NCBI GenBank assembly: GCA_964016885.1
Contig: OZ024742.1
Coordinates: 33,170,001-33,234,000, forward strand
Source: Eledone cirrhosa
Lineage: Eukaryota
Direction of reading: 5' to 3'
DNA: 64,000 nucleotides
Shown: piece by piece, positions 13,129-26,529 of the stretch
Layout: each line of letters opens with the position of its first letter
How positions within the stretch are numbered: position 1 is the stretch's first letter
Program-made: the position numbers and the translations under genes
Notes under the pieces: model-generated
Told to the model about the DNA's origin: nothing
The model's database searches: none
Seen by the model: the letters and a program-made list of their open reading frames with translations, nothing else

Positions 13129-13315
13129 GGGCGGTGGATTGGCAGTATCGGTAGAGGGTCGGACGCCATGCTTTGATGCATAGAATTACGGCCCTTTCCA
13201 TTCTGAGTTCAAATCCCGCCAAGGTTAACTTTGCTTTTCATCCTTACGGGGTCGATAAAATAAGTACCAGTAATGCACTGGGTGATTGCTGGCCTTGTGC
13301 CAAAAGTAGAAACAA
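13129..13315 (+). mobile_element. tRNA-derived SINE, family A
   Basis: GGCGGTGGATTGGCAGTATCGG..GAGTTCAAATCCCGCC..GCTTTTCATCCTTACGGGGTCGATAAAATAAGTACCAG. Confidence 0.88.
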
Positions 13316-13588
13316 TTATTGTAACATTGTGGGTTTCATTCCTGGATTGGGCATTGTGCCAGGCCATGTTGTTCCAGTTCACTCAGCTAAAAAGGAGTAC
13401 CAGTAGTAACTGCAGGGTTAACTTTGTAATAGACTGGTGTTCCACAGTTCCTTATTGTAAATGAAACTGGGATAAGCTCTTGCTTGTGGGGCCTCTTGGC
13501 TTGAGACAAACTTTTACTAACTTAATTAATTGGATGACTTTTGAATGTGGTCTGGTTTGTTTGTGTGTTTAGCATTAACATTGAAGTT

Positions 13589-13890
13589 GTGTGGCTTTGT
13601 GGTTAGGGTGCTCAACGTATGATCATAAGGTTGTGTGTTTGATTCCTCGTAGTTCATTGTGTCCTTGAGCAAGGCACTTTATTTCAAATTGTTCCAGGCC
13701 AATCAACTGGTAAAAATGAGTTGTACCTATAATTCAAAGAGCCAGCCTTGCCACACACTGTGCCATGCTGAATTTCCCTGAGAACTACGTTAAAAGTAGA
13801 TGGGTCAGTGGAATGCTCAGCCACTTGCACATTGATTTCATGAGCAGGCTGTTCTAATGATCAAACAACTAGGACACTCATCATCAGAAG
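13589..13890 (+). mobile_element. Older tRNA-derived SINE with B-like head/core and a different tail
   Basis: tggctttgtggttag..gtccttgagcaaggcactttatttca; its tail matches the reverse complement of about 11940-12050. Confidence 0.6.
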
Positions 13891-15980
13891 CAACAGAGGT
13901 CTAACACACACATATAGCAGCAGAAGCAGCACTGTCCCATTGTGGGATTCACATGAGCTGTGTAGAGAACTAGCAGTGGAGCTAAACTAATTTCTGGCCC
14001 TGAAATGGAAAGTTAGTCTTTAGGATGTAGTTTTAGCTATTGCTATATATGTGGAGTGAAAGCATGAGGCTTAGTGATTAGACTGTTGGGTTCATGGTCA
14101 TAAGTTTGTGTGTTTGATTCTCAGAACAGATGACATATTGTGTCCTTAGCAAGGTATTTTATTTCACTCAGCTGGGAGTTGACTCTGTGACAGGCTGAAG
14201 AAAAGTCTTGAAATCTCATGCACTTAACACATGTAATCACAGAAAAGCTGATGTAAAATGATAAAGTTACAATAATCCGAGATTCTGAGGCCCCAATATT
14301 TGTAGCGACTTTAAGAGCTTTAGTTATGTAGTGTGCAAGACTAGGTCGCTTTTTTGTAATATTTAGATAAGGGAGAAAAGGGTAGAGGACATAACTCATT
14401 TAAGGGCCTTGGTAGGATAGAAAGAAGAAGGAAACCCCAAAAAGACAATCAAGAGTCATTTAGTGAGAATAGGCCAGATGAGAAATTAAGTCTGCTACCC
14501 ACATATCCTTGATATAAGCAGCAAGCGCATATTTAGGTCGTTCTCATAACTCCAAATTGAAGGTTGTTTCCTAAATCTCTGTTGATGGAAACTGATGGTT
14601 TGACATGAGGAGCCCAGTTTGTATATGGATAATGCCAAAGACAAACATGGGGGAGAGAGAACCTTTCAGTCAGGTGAAGGGCATGAAAACCTCTCAGCTG
14701 TTGCCACAAGAAAATGCACCCAGAACACTCTGTAAAGTGGTTGATGTGAGGAAATATACAAAAAATTGTATATATGGGTGAAACGTGGTCGTATCACCCA
14801 TATAGTAAGGCAGCAACTCTGAATAAGAACTGACTCAGACCATAGCAACCCAGCCATCCCATGCCAACATGGAAAACAGAAGCATGATGATGATGATGAT
14901 GATGATGATTAATTTATTCATATGCTTTATAGTGAGTTATGTTATTTTCTTCCCTAACAGAATACAAAAGGTAATATCTTCAGTAATACAAGTACAATGG
15001 ACTGGTTCTAGAGGAGACATTTATTTGAGCCCATTATAGATGTGGCAGAAACAGCAGGGAGAGGATGGCAGAAACAGCAGGGAGAGGAAACAACACAGTA
15101 GGAGGAGAGGTCAAAGATTTTCATTATGAGAAGGTTCATCAGTCAGGTACATGGTATGTTTCTCGATTCAATTTAAGATGCCAATCAATCTACCAGTCTT
15201 AACTATATCTATTAACTTTTCACATTATATATTTGTCTATCTATCTACCTATCTATCTATCTGTCAATGTTTCTATCTATGTATCCATCCATATGTCTAT
15301 TTATCCACCTATCTATCCATCCATCATCCATCTAACACCACACCCTACCTCTATGTCTATATGCCTTGTAACTATCCTTCAAACCTACCTATCAAACCCA
15401 CTGTCACTGTCATCCTCATATCCTTCCATATCTTCCTTCCATATTCTCCTCTCTTTTACCCCGCTGTTCCGTATTCTTCCTTTTTCTGCCAACTTGGCTT
15501 TTCACTTTGCTTAGCGGAAATCTATTTTCTCGTCGTGTTCTTGACATCAATGCTAGCTACAACAACAACAACAACAACAGTGAAGTTATTGATTTTCAGG
15601 GAGTGGGAGTGTGGGCAAAAACAAAAGATTTCTAACAAGAAAGAGAAAATGAAAGAAAGAGGGAAAATAGTAAATTAAGAAAGGAAGGGCAAGGGGGGCG
15701 ATGAGAGTAAGAAGATAGAAATGAAAGAAAAGGAGAAAATATGAAAGTAAGAAAGAGAAAAATGGAAGAGGGGAAGAAAGAAAAATTGAAATGAAAGAGA
15801 AATATGAATGTAAGAGAGAGAAAAATGGAAGTGGAGAATGATGGAAGGAAAAAAATGAAAAGAAGGAGGAAAAAAAAGAAAAAGAAACAAAGAGAAAAAA
15901 GAAGGAATGAGGAGAATAAAAATAAAAAGAGGAAGAAAAAAGAAAGAAGGAAAGTGTAACGACATCGAAAATGACAATTG

Positions 15981-16008
<28 letters not shown>

Positions 16009-16014
<6 letters not shown>

Positions 16015-16421
16015 GATTGTAGTTGTAAGGCCAAGACAATGCAGGTATGGATATAGAATATAAATGCAAATGCAAAAGATATTGTTGACAATTAGTCTTT
16101 TACCTTAAATTTATTTAAATATCCTTAATTTTCGAGATAATATCTCTTCTTCGGAGGGAAGTAAAGGGGTTAGTCCAGCGTTCTAATTAGCTTGCAAGCT
16201 AATTAGAATGCTGGACTAACCACTTTACTTCCCTCCGAAGAAGAGATATTATCTCGAAAATTAAGGATATTTAAATAAATTTAAGGTAAAAGACTAATTG
16301 TCAACAATATCTTTTGCATTTGCATTTATATTCTATATCCATACCTGCATTGTTTTGGCCTTACAACTACAATCGTTTATACCTCATTACACAATGCTTC
16401 AAGTGAACTATAACTTCCTCC
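16009..16421 (+). mobile_element. 372-bp spacerless palindrome plus 41-nt tail; Penelope-like inverted terminal repeat
   Basis: Arms 16009-16194 / 16195-16380 centred on TTG|CAA with about 3 mismatches; hammerhead-like CCT-CCGAAGA-a-GAGAT att ATCTC-GAAAATTA^AGG at 16232-16266; (TA)n on both sides. Confidence 0.8.
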
Positions 16422-16929
16422 ATATATATATATATATATAAGTAGTGCCCTAGCATGATTACAGTCTAATGATCAAAACTAATAAAAGAATATATCATCA
16501 TTTAAAATATATTTTTTCCTGCTAGCTAGGGTTGGACGGCTTGCCATAGAATGAGTGAGTACTTAAGCAAAGCTACTGGTTTCTCAGATGGATCAGGAGA
16601 GACCTGCATGTCGCTTCTATTGAGGGCTTGTTTACATACATTCCCGCACTTTACAGAGTGCATTTTATCATGGCATCAGCACTAAGGAGGGTGTCACATC
16701 TTTGACACAACACAAGAAAGTTGTCTACATAAGAAATAGGAGAATTTAGAAGATTGTGTTAGTATGGATGGCATTTTGAAAAGGTTTTCAGAGATCTGTG
16801 TTGGCAATTAAAAATTCTGATACGCCTTAAGTTTAATAGATCTTTTCCAGTCATAGTCTCCAATACTTCTAAAGAACAAAGTTAGCAATCATGTCTTTCC
16901 CTCTGATATACATATATATAGTGGTGTAT

Positions 16930-17122
16930 ATGAAGGATGTGAGCTGCATAATGAACTGCAGGACACTCAAAGTTGAGGGAACTCGTGGAAGAGGAAAACC
17001 TAAGAAAACACGAGATGATATGGTAAAGGCTGATTTCACAAAGATGACACAGGATTGTTTCCAATGGTGGTTTGCAAAAGACAAGCCCTCCCATGTCACC
17101 AGAATGAGACCTATATGAACAT
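16930..17122 (+). mobile_element. RTE LINE 3' fragment
   Basis: MKDVSCIMNCRTLKVEGTRGRGKPKKTRDDMVKADF, homologous to the C-terminus of the 7194-8603 ORF. Confidence 0.8.
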
Positions 17123-17458
17123 GTAAGTCCCTTCCTCCCATACTCTTGCACAAGATTATCAGCCCTCTCTGTACTTATCAATCTCAGGAGCCTAACTTGT
17201 CCACATAGCTGCCAGCCATCCTGTGTAATGAGAGCTACCTTCACAATCTAGCACCTGCTTTCATTTCACTCTCCTTCCCTCCCTGAGTGATAACCTCCTC
17301 CCAACCCACCCACTCCCATCACAAACTCTTTCTGTCCAGCTAAGGACACAGCTACTGCACTAGTGTTAATGCCACACTGGAATGCATGCAGTGCATTCTG
17401 CATTTGATGGCAATCGTGTTCTGATAATATGGACCCATCCCACTATGTATAGTGGAGG

Positions 17459-19052
17459 TGCTGGTGCTACAATAAAATGCACCCATCACACTCAGTAAAG
17501 TTGTAGTGTTGGTGCTGCAATAAAATGCACCCACCACACTCAGTAAAGTTGTAGTGTTGGTGCTGCAATAAAATGCACCCATCACACTCAGTAAAGTTGT
17601 GGTGCTGGTGCTGCAATAAAATGCACCCACCACACTCAGTAAAGTTGTGGTGCTGGTGCTGCAATAAAATGCACCCACCACACTCAGTAAAGTTGTAGTG
17701 CTGGTGCTGCAATAAAATGCACCCATCACACTCAGTAAAGTTGTGGTGCTGGTGCTGCAATAAAATGCACCCATCACACTCAGTAAAGTTGTGGTGCTGG
17801 TGCTGCAATAAAATGCACCCATCACACTCAGTAAAGTTGTGGTGCTGGTGCTGCAATAAAATGCACCCATCACACTCAGTAAAGTTGTGGTGCTGGTGCT
17901 GCAATAAAATGCACCCACCACACTCAGTAAAGTTGTGGTGCTGGTGCTGCAATAAAATGCACCCATCACACTCAGTAAAGTTGTGGTGCTGGTGCTGCAA
18001 TAAAATGCACCCATCACACTCAGTAAAGTTGTGGTGCTGGTGCTGCAATAAAATGCACCCATCACACTCAGTAAAGTTGTGGTGCTGGTGCTGCAATAAA
18101 ATGCACCCATCACACTCAGTAAAGTTGTGGTGCTGGTGCTGCAATAAAATGCACCCACCACACTCAGTAAAGTTGTGGTGCTGGTGCTGCAATAAAATGC
18201 ACCCACCACACTCAGTAAAGTTGTGGTGCTGGTGCTGCAATAAAATGCACCCACCACACTCAGTAAAGTTGTGGTGCTGGTGCTGCAATAAAATGCACCC
18301 ACCACACTCAGTAAAGTTGTGGTGCTGGTGCTGCAATAAAATGCACCCATCACACTCAGTAAAGTTGTGGTGCTGGTGCTGCAATAAAATGCACCCATCA
18401 CACTCAGTAAAGTTGTGGTGCTGGTGCTGCAATAAAATGCACCCATCACACTCAGTAAAGTTGTGGTGCTGGTGCTGCAATAAAATGCACCCACCACACT
18501 CAGTAAAGTTGTGGTGCTGGTGCTGCAATAAAATGCACCCATCACACTCAGTAAAGTTGTGGTGCTGGTGCTGCAATAAAATGCACCCACCACACTCAGT
18601 AAAGTTGTAGTGCTGGTGCTGCAATAAAATGCACCCATCACACTCAGTAAAGTTGTGGTGCTGGTGCTGCAATAAAATGCACCCACCACACTCAGTAAAG
18701 TTGTGGTGCTGGTGCTGCAATAAAATGCACCCATCACACTCAGTAAAGTTGTGGTGCTGGTGCTGCAATAAAATGCACCCACCACACTCAGTAAAGTTGT
18801 AGTGCTGGTGCTGCAATAAAATGCACCCACCACACTCAGTAAAGTTGTGGTGCTGGTGCTGCAATAAAATGCACCCATCACACTCAGTAAAGTTGTGGTG
18901 CTGGTGCTGCAATAAAATGCACCCATCACACTCAGTAAAGTTGTGGTGCTGGTGCTGCAATAAAATGCACCCACCACACTCAGTAAAGTTGTGGTGCTGG
19001 TGCTGCAATAAAATGCACCCACCACACTCAGTAAAGTTGTGGTGCTGGTGCC
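17459..19052. repeat. 48-bp minisatellite, about 33 copies, derived from a SINE internal segment
   Basis: Unit ctggtgctgcaataaaatgcaccc(a/t)cacactcagtaaagttgtggtg, period 48 (17701 to 17749); runs directly into SINE 3' body and tail at 19053-19235. Confidence 0.95.
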
Positions 19053-19268
19053 AGAATAGAACACACCGAATACATCCTGTAAAGTGGTTGGTGTTAAGAA
19101 GGGTATCGAGCTGTAGAAATCATGTGAAACTGGAATGTATGAATAAACTGTGGTCATCTGACCTATCTAGTCTCAGAGTGTGAGAACTCGTCTAACCCAT
19201 GCCTGCATGGGGCACGGATATAAAATAGTGACGATGGTTTTCATATCTATACATACACACATATATAT

Positions 19269-19514
19269 ATAATTACAACAGTGACATAAACAGGTACTTA
19301 AGTTTCGTTGAGCCAACTCATTCAGCCTGTCAAGAAAAATAAAAATAAAGAGGGCGATCTTTATTTTTATTATGACAGGCTGAATGAGTTGGGGTCCAGA
19401 GCCCAACGAAACTTAAGTACCTGTTTATGACACTGCTGTAATTATTTATACCAAACTTGTCCTACGGACTGAGTGCTCTTACCATTGGATATTTCTACCA
19501 AACTTTTACTACAG
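19269..19514 (+). mobile_element. Fold-back Penelope-like remnant with a hammerhead in each arm
   Basis: Arms about 19269-19350 / 19359-19445, tail to about 19514, (TA)n flanks. Confidence 0.82.
19375..19424 (+). ncRNA. Type-I hammerhead ribozyme
   Basis: ACAGG-CTGAATGA-GTTGGG gtccagag CCCAAC-GAAA-CTTAAG-TA^-CCTGT: perfect helices I and II, palindromic helix III, GUA triplet, one extra nt in the core. Confidence 0.85.
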
Positions 19515-19557
19515 TATATATAATATATATGATATATATAAAGACTTATAATAATTA

Positions 19558-19742
19558 TTTCTACCTTTGGCACAAGGCCAGCAATTACCCCAGTGTATTA
19601 CTGGTGCTTTATTTTATCGATCCCGTAAGGATGAAAGGCAAAGTTAACCTTGGCGGGATTTGAACTCAGACCATAAAGGGCCGTAACTCTTTGCTGCAAA
19701 GCATGGCGTCCGACCCTCTATCGATACTGCCAATCCACCGCC
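19558..19742 (-). mobile_element. tRNA-derived SINE, family A
   Basis: Near-identical to 3592-3778 and 13129-13315. Confidence 0.88.
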
Positions 19743-20269
19743 ATAAAAACTTATAATAATGATATAGTATAAATTAGATATTGCAGAATATAGATTGCAG
19801 ATGGTATGTATATGTGAAGAATTTGGCAAAAATTGATTTAAAAATAAAAGGAAAAGAAAATCCCTATACCAACACCATCTTAGCTTCAAAAATGAAAAGT
19901 GCTGGACCTAAATATATCTTTTATTTTTAATATGTATTATTTGCAAAAATCTATAGAAGCTATTAAGTTATTTTTGCTCAGCATTGAGTGAGTAAACATC
20001 ACCAAAGATGGATAAAGATCCTGAAATACTAGTACTTGACATTATCATATATTTACTGAGGTAGCTGTGACATGATCACAGCTTAAAATACCCACAGAAA
20101 GCCTATTGTATGTGTACCATGCTGTGTTAGTGCTGCTGTTAATCTTTTAATTATCCCACATAAATTTGAGAAAAAAATTCTTCATATCGCCAGTATACTC
20201 TGTGGTCAGATTTTCACCCCTCCCTCTCTCTATATATATGCCCCCACCTATGCCCCCACATATGCTTCC

Positions 20270-20480
20270 CACTATAAAGTGGTCGTGTAGGCGCCACAGT
20301 TAAAAAAAACACCCAATACTCACTGTAAATGAGGTTGGTGTTAGGAAGGGCATCCAGCTGTAGAAATCAAGCAAGTATGAGCAAGACATGGTCACCTGAC
20401 CTGGCACTGCCCACAGCAGGACAACCCGTCTAACCCATGCTAATGTGAAAGAATGAATGTAAGACGGTTATGATGATGAT
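20270..20480 (+). mobile_element. SINE 3' portion with RTE-type tail
   Basis: gaggttggtgttaggaagggcatccagctgtagaaatc..cccgtctaacccatgcta..(atg)n. Confidence 0.75.
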
Positions 20481-21781
20481 TATATATATATATATATGAA
20501 AGAGTCAGGACCCCAGTGGCTGAGCTGTTGCCGTTTCAACAGCTAGTTCCAGTCTGGTAGGGCATTTTAGCTGCAGGGAGACAAACATGTTTGTTTCTGG
20601 GTGGGGCTGGATGTCATATGAAGTGGTGTGGAAGGGGAGGAGGAAGTAGTGAAAGAGTGAGAAGTAGGAGGAGGAGGATGGAAAAGAAGAAGAGGAAGAT
20701 GGAGAAGAAATAAGGAAGTAATGAGAAAAAGAAGGAAAAAAGGAAATGAAAGAGAGATAAGAGAAAGAGAGATAAAAGGAAGATGAAGGAAGAGGTAGAA
20801 AAGAACAAAGAAAGGAAGGGAAGGAAGGAAAGAGAAGGAATTAGAAAATGAAGGAAAAAACGAAGTGAATGAAAAAGGAGAGATAAAGAAAGATGACCAG
20901 GGGGGGGGGGGTACGGAAGAGGAAGAGTGAGAGATAGAAGAAATAAAGAAGCAAAGGAAGAAAGAGGGAAGCAGTAAAAGAAAGTGGAATGAGGGGAAGT
21001 GAGAAAGATAGAAAGCGATAGAGTGAAAGTTGTAGACCGAAAGTTCTGTAAATGGATACACATGTATACACTCGCTGTCCCACACAAATGTATACATATT
21101 ATTATTAGAATTCTGACATAGTATGTATACATTTTTGGGGAACACCTTGTGTCTATATATATATATAAATAAAATGAGTCCTTCATCAGTAATCTTCCAG
21201 CCTTCATTGGTATTTCATCGCTTTAAAGATCATATACCTCTGGTTGGTGCGAGCAACGGCTAAAGAAAGTCGTTGGGACACGTAAATAGGGCGAACGAGC
21301 GAGACAGTAAACAAACAAACAAATATGGTAATGCAACGAAATATATATAAGGAAAGAAAGAGAGACAGCCAGAGACGGAGAAGAGAAAGATTGGCTATCT
21401 GTGGTGCTGATAGTGACTGACCAGTCGCTATTCTACAGCATGTTGTCAAAGATTCAGCAGAGATTTCCAGAATGTTATTTACATAAATACACACACTCAC
21501 ATGTGCATGCACACAGACATACACTCGAAGAGTTATTTAGGTAAATACGTTCACATACATAGAATCATGTACAGAGCCACAAAATGATAATCACACAGAT
21601 AAAACACACACACACACACACACATACATAGATACCTACATACATACATATCTACCTATATACAATACATACATACATATCTACCTACATACATACGTAC
21701 ATACATATCTACCTATATACAATACATACATACGTACACACATACAATACATACACACATATAAAACATACATACATGGAT

Positions 21782-22366
21782 ACATGGTGGCTGCCAACTC
21801 GTTTTCGAGTACGGCCACTACTTTATATCCATGTAGGAGAACCCCTACCGATGCGCTGAACGAGTGTGACTTTTTAGTCCAGCCAGCGACTTGAAAACTC
21901 TGGTACAAACACTACACCTGTGACAATTATTGACACATACTGCTGGGCCCATGGTACCATGTGACGACAAGTGCAGGGAGATCTCCAGATATAAAGCAAT
22001 GCCAGTGCCGTGAGCAAAGGCACTGCACAAAGCCAGTCCCACTCTCTTAATCAAGATGATATTTACCAAAAAGAAGAACAAGTCAACATCATTGGATACC
22101 ATCAGGGTTGCAGGTGTTATATCAGAGTTTTCCTTCTCCTAGAATTCTGCCTTGACAAAGGCTAAGGGGTCATCTCTCCCGGTGATTTTGGATGGCCATT
22201 GACTCTTAAGAGCTCCTTTGCCCTTTGACAGGTTTTGTTTTTAGTCCTGCAGGATGTCCAAAGTCACCCTCCTCACCAAGAAACCTTGGTGGGGTTGCCA
22301 GTTTAGTTGCCAACGACTCGACCATGAGACAGGTTGTACTGGGATACATGTTACCAGTAGCACCAA
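21782..22366 (-). mobile_element. Non-autonomous RTE-derived retroposon (5' UTR-like part fused to a C2H2-finger 3' end) in (CATA)n
   Basis: Near-identical inverted copy at 52736-53310; ctaggagaaggaaaactctg motif; CSVCTRVFKSLAGLKSHTRSAH; terminal hairpin ctcgaaaacgag. Confidence 0.75.
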
Positions 22367-22919
22367 CATGGATACATAGATACATACATACATACAATAC
22401 AAACATACATACATACCTACACACATGCATGCACACATACACATCCACACAATAACATCCATATCTACACATGCATGCATGCATACATATCTACCTAGTT
22501 GATGTTGTGTAAATTCCAATGAGAGAGTCTTGTGTCTATGTTAGAAACCGACTCTCTCTCTATTGGTAAAACTTTGTGAAATTATAAAACCAGAAGAACA
22601 TACATACATACATACATACATACATACATACATACATACATACATACATACATACATACAATAGACACATACATACAATACACACACATACATACGCACA
22701 CACACAGATAATCACAGATGCATAAACGTAACAGGATGAAATGTAAAACTGTTTTAGTTTATGTTTGTAGGGACCCACTTCCTGATTGAGCTATAGGGCA
22801 CATTTAATTTGGAAGAGCCCATCCACTCTCCTGCATAACCGATTCCTTCCACAGCATGGCTCCTTTAGGGGTTACAGGTTAAAGAAGAAATATTTAATAT
22901 CAAACCACAGCAGTCTGTG

Positions 22920-23250
22920 ACTAACCCAGGTACTACAAGTCGGGCTGAGGAGGCCAAACTCTCCAAGTACCGGTAGCTCTCCGATAGGTTCGCGGTCGTA
23001 CCCTTGGCAGTGGAGACCTCTGGTGTCCTCGGCCCTAGGGCTACCTCCCTATCACCACCATAAGTGGCTGAGCTGACCAGACGCAGGTGTGAACCTCGCG
23101 AGTTGGAATGGCTCATCCAGCGCTTCTCCCTTACCATCCTCCGGGAAACCCCTTCTGCATCCTATCCGCCGGGGCTGTGGGGAGGCCAGTACATGGGACC
23201 CCATTTGCTCACCATACGGATTAATAGGCAAAGTTATAAACTATTGTAAA
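22920..23250 (+). mobile_element. Restriction-like-endonuclease (CRE-type) non-LTR retrotransposon 3' remnant
   Basis: Reads SRAEEAKLSKYR*LSDRFAVVPLAVETSGVLGPRA..RRCEPRELEWLIQRFSLTILR, matching the K..KY / P.AVET.G..G / QR.S pattern of RLE C-termini; contains stops. Confidence 0.7.
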
Positions 23251-23524
23251 TAAATCTATTTAATTGTCAAATGATGAAAAAAAAACCCCAGTAAAAGTGA
23301 TTAATTATATATTAAGATAGACACTCATTTATTCAAAACTATGGAAGACAGGTGTGCAAGATGGTGTGTAGTTCAAATGAATTAGCAACTATGTGGGGGG
23401 TGAAACAAACTTTTTAGTCACATCAACTTTGGATTCCAGCTGCAGAAACCATGTTCAAATTTTTGAACATATAAGTATGACATAACAGTAGACATAAAAT
23501 GATGACAGTTAAACCTGCACCCAA

Positions 23525-23638
<114 letters not shown>

Positions 23639-23736
23639 GCAGAAGTTATATTTAATTTGTTGGGATTCCAACAAGCTTAAAAGTTTATAACTGATATAAA
23701 GCACTCAACAATTTACTGGAGTAAATATTCAATATA

Positions 23737-23800
<64 letters not shown>

Positions 23801-25499
23801 CATAATAAACAACACAATATAATTATTTCATTACTGAAGGTTTCAAGAAATTAGATGATTCTTGCAAGGAACATCCAGTTAGTTTGTCAGACAAAATAAT
23901 TATAAATACACACACTCACTATATACATACTCAATACATGTAGTAAAGTTCATTTAATCATTCAAAGCTAATGATGCACTTTGTTGCTACAACTTTGTTT
24001 TCAACAACTGTAAATGTTATATAAATATTTATAGTAGCTGGTGATACAAAGGGCTTCCAGTGACTGAAAGCAAGCCACTACACCCTGTAAGGTTGTTGGT
24101 TATAGGAAGGCATAAGAGGTCTATTCAGTTGTGACAAGGGCATGGCAACCTCTCTAGTGTTTGTGATCTACACAACAAATGTACACAGTAAACTCTGTAA
24201 AATGGTTTGTGACTGGAAAAGCATCCAGCCCTAGAAAACCTGTGAGAATACGTGAATACTTGTGAGTATCTGTTTTATATACATATATATATGAGAGAGA
24301 GAGAGAGTGATGTTTGTGAATATAAGAGTGGGGGCCAAATTGGAACCATGTTGATGAATAGACAGTTGTGTAAATACATAGCTTGAAAGCAATGAAAGCT
24401 AGGGGCAGTTATTTTAATAGATATATAGGTAGATACAAAAGTAGCTATATAGATGAAAAGGTAAAAATCGACAGATTGCAGCTACAGAGAGTGAATATGA
24501 TGGAAATCTCCCCCACAGTCTCATCCTCTCTAGTGCCATCATTGCCTTCCCAACATGGTGGAGAATGACACAATGAGCCCCTTAGTGTCAATAAGTGGTA
24601 GAGCCACAATAAAACACATAGGAAGGACATCCAGTCATTGAAACTGTGCCAGAGTTGAATGTGTGAGTGAGACACAGTCACCTGACCTGTCTAGTCCCAG
24701 AATGTGATAACCCATCTTATCATTGCAAGCATGGAAAATAGAGATTAAATGTTGATGATACTCAATAGGGATGTAGGGGGGAGTAATGTTAGCATAAAAC
24801 ATGACAGCAATGCTAGACCATTGTAATTAGTGTCCACACTCAAGGTTTAAAGTTCAAATCCTAAAGGGAATAGCTTAGTCATTTCATTACTTGTAAATTA
24901 GTAAAATATGTTCCAGTAATATACTGAAAGAAAGATTCATTTAACTGTAAACTTCCCCTATGGAAACTGCCTTGTGTCAAGTAAATGTCCCAGTAAATAT
25001 ATAGGTATAGCTATATGGTTAATAAGTTTGCTTCATAACCTCATGGGTTTGGAATTAGTACTATTGCACACCACCTTGGGAAAATGTCTTCTACTATAGT
25101 CCCAGATTAAACAATGCCTTGTGAGTGAAATTTGGTAGAGGAAAACTGCAGAACCCTGTCATATGTGTGTTTCTGTGCCTGTGTTTATATCCCATAACTT
25201 AGTGCTGCAGCAAGGATATCAATGAAATAAGGATCAGATTTGAACAAAATAAATATTAGGATAGATATGGTTCACTTTAAGATACTGTTTAATGACTGAA
25301 ACCAGTTTAATACGAAGACAATAGAATGGATTAAACATTTCTTCCTCTACACACACACAATTCTAACAGGAAACAAAACATAGAATTGAAGGGCAACAAA
25401 GTAAACCAAATTTCTAGTAAGTAAAAAAAAGACAGGATCATGCTGCCAGTAAGGAAATGTTAATTCTCAATTTTCAGAAAAAGATGAACTCCATAAAAA

Positions 25500-25837
25500 A
25501 GGTAGATACACCATTCGGTGTACCCATGTAAACATTGAGTGTACAAGAGATGTAGTGAGATCACAGGTAGGCCAACACAGATTTTGTGGGTGGCAGATGC
25601 CCAAGAGCAGCTATTAGTAAGAGAACCAGTAAAATAAACTTTTTTCCAATCTTAGAAATAGTTGGTAACTTCTGTTGCCAAGGTGAACAAATTAGTAGTT
25701 GGAGAGGGTGCTCTGAAAGTATAGTAGTCATCAGAACTCAATGTGAGGGAATTGTACCTTCAGTTCGCTCAATAAAAATACATACTCTACTTATACATTG
25801 AGTTCTTTTTGTTATAAAGATAACTATTAACAGCATG

Positions 25838-25893
<56 letters not shown>

Positions 25894-26215
25894 CCTCAAG
25901 GAAATAAACTTGTTCAGTGTGTAGGAAAAGTCTAAGTAGAAATTCAATCCACTGTCCTAAATGCAAACTTTGGGTACACAAAAGATGTAGTGGGATCTCA
26001 CGTAGTTTAGTTAAGAATGTAGGTTTTACATGTAGCCATTGTACTGGGTCAGTAAGTAGCAAACAACCACAGGAAACAAGAGCTATCAAATTCTGGGAAG
26101 GTTTGGTATACAGCTTCTGCTACCTAGGTGACCAAATTAGGAGTTGGGTGTTCTGAAAGTACAGTAGCCAGAGTGAGGATGGGATGGAAGAAGTTCAAGG
26201 AACTACTATCAGTGC
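25500..26215 (+). mobile_element. Degraded RTE fragments (Cys/His insert region present twice), split by a TA-rich insertion
   Basis: CRKSLSRNSIHCPKCKLWVHKRCSGIS..FCYLGDQI at 25910-26200; a more decayed similar piece at 25500-25740. Confidence 0.8.
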
Positions 26216-26529
26216 ATTTCTGAAGTATAAGCAGGACCGAGTTTATGTACATTTAGAAATGTGCATTTATCAGTGTAATAAAGATAAAGGTGGAATGAAA
26301 TAAATATGTTTTATATGTGATAGGATAAACTGAAATTACAGAGGGTAGGTCCAAGATAATTTAAGAAAGCTGAGAGAAACATCACCCTCTAGGCAGTTTT
26401 ATTCTTGTGTATCTTATCTTGATATATATGTGTGCATATGTGTATGTGTGTGCGTGTTTGTATGTGTGTGTGCGTGTGTGTGTGTGTGCGTGTGTGTGTA
26501 TATGTATGTTCTTTTGGTGTTATTATTTT

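Noticed and set aside
13129-13220. tRNA genes at SINE heads
   Set aside because: A and B boxes are present but there is no proper cloverleaf, and each continues into a SINE body.
15110-15146. CTGATGA...GAAA on the minus strand
   Set aside because: No stable helices and no element context; likely chance.
17352-19157. 601/513/297-aa repetitive ORFs; CRISPR-like appearance
   Set aside because: Head-to-tail 48-bp units with no unique spacers, SINE-derived, in a eukaryotic context.
21165-21350. CTGATGA on the minus strand at about 21184-21190 next to a TA run
   Set aside because: No downstream helix II or GAAA; it may be a truncated remnant but is not supportable.
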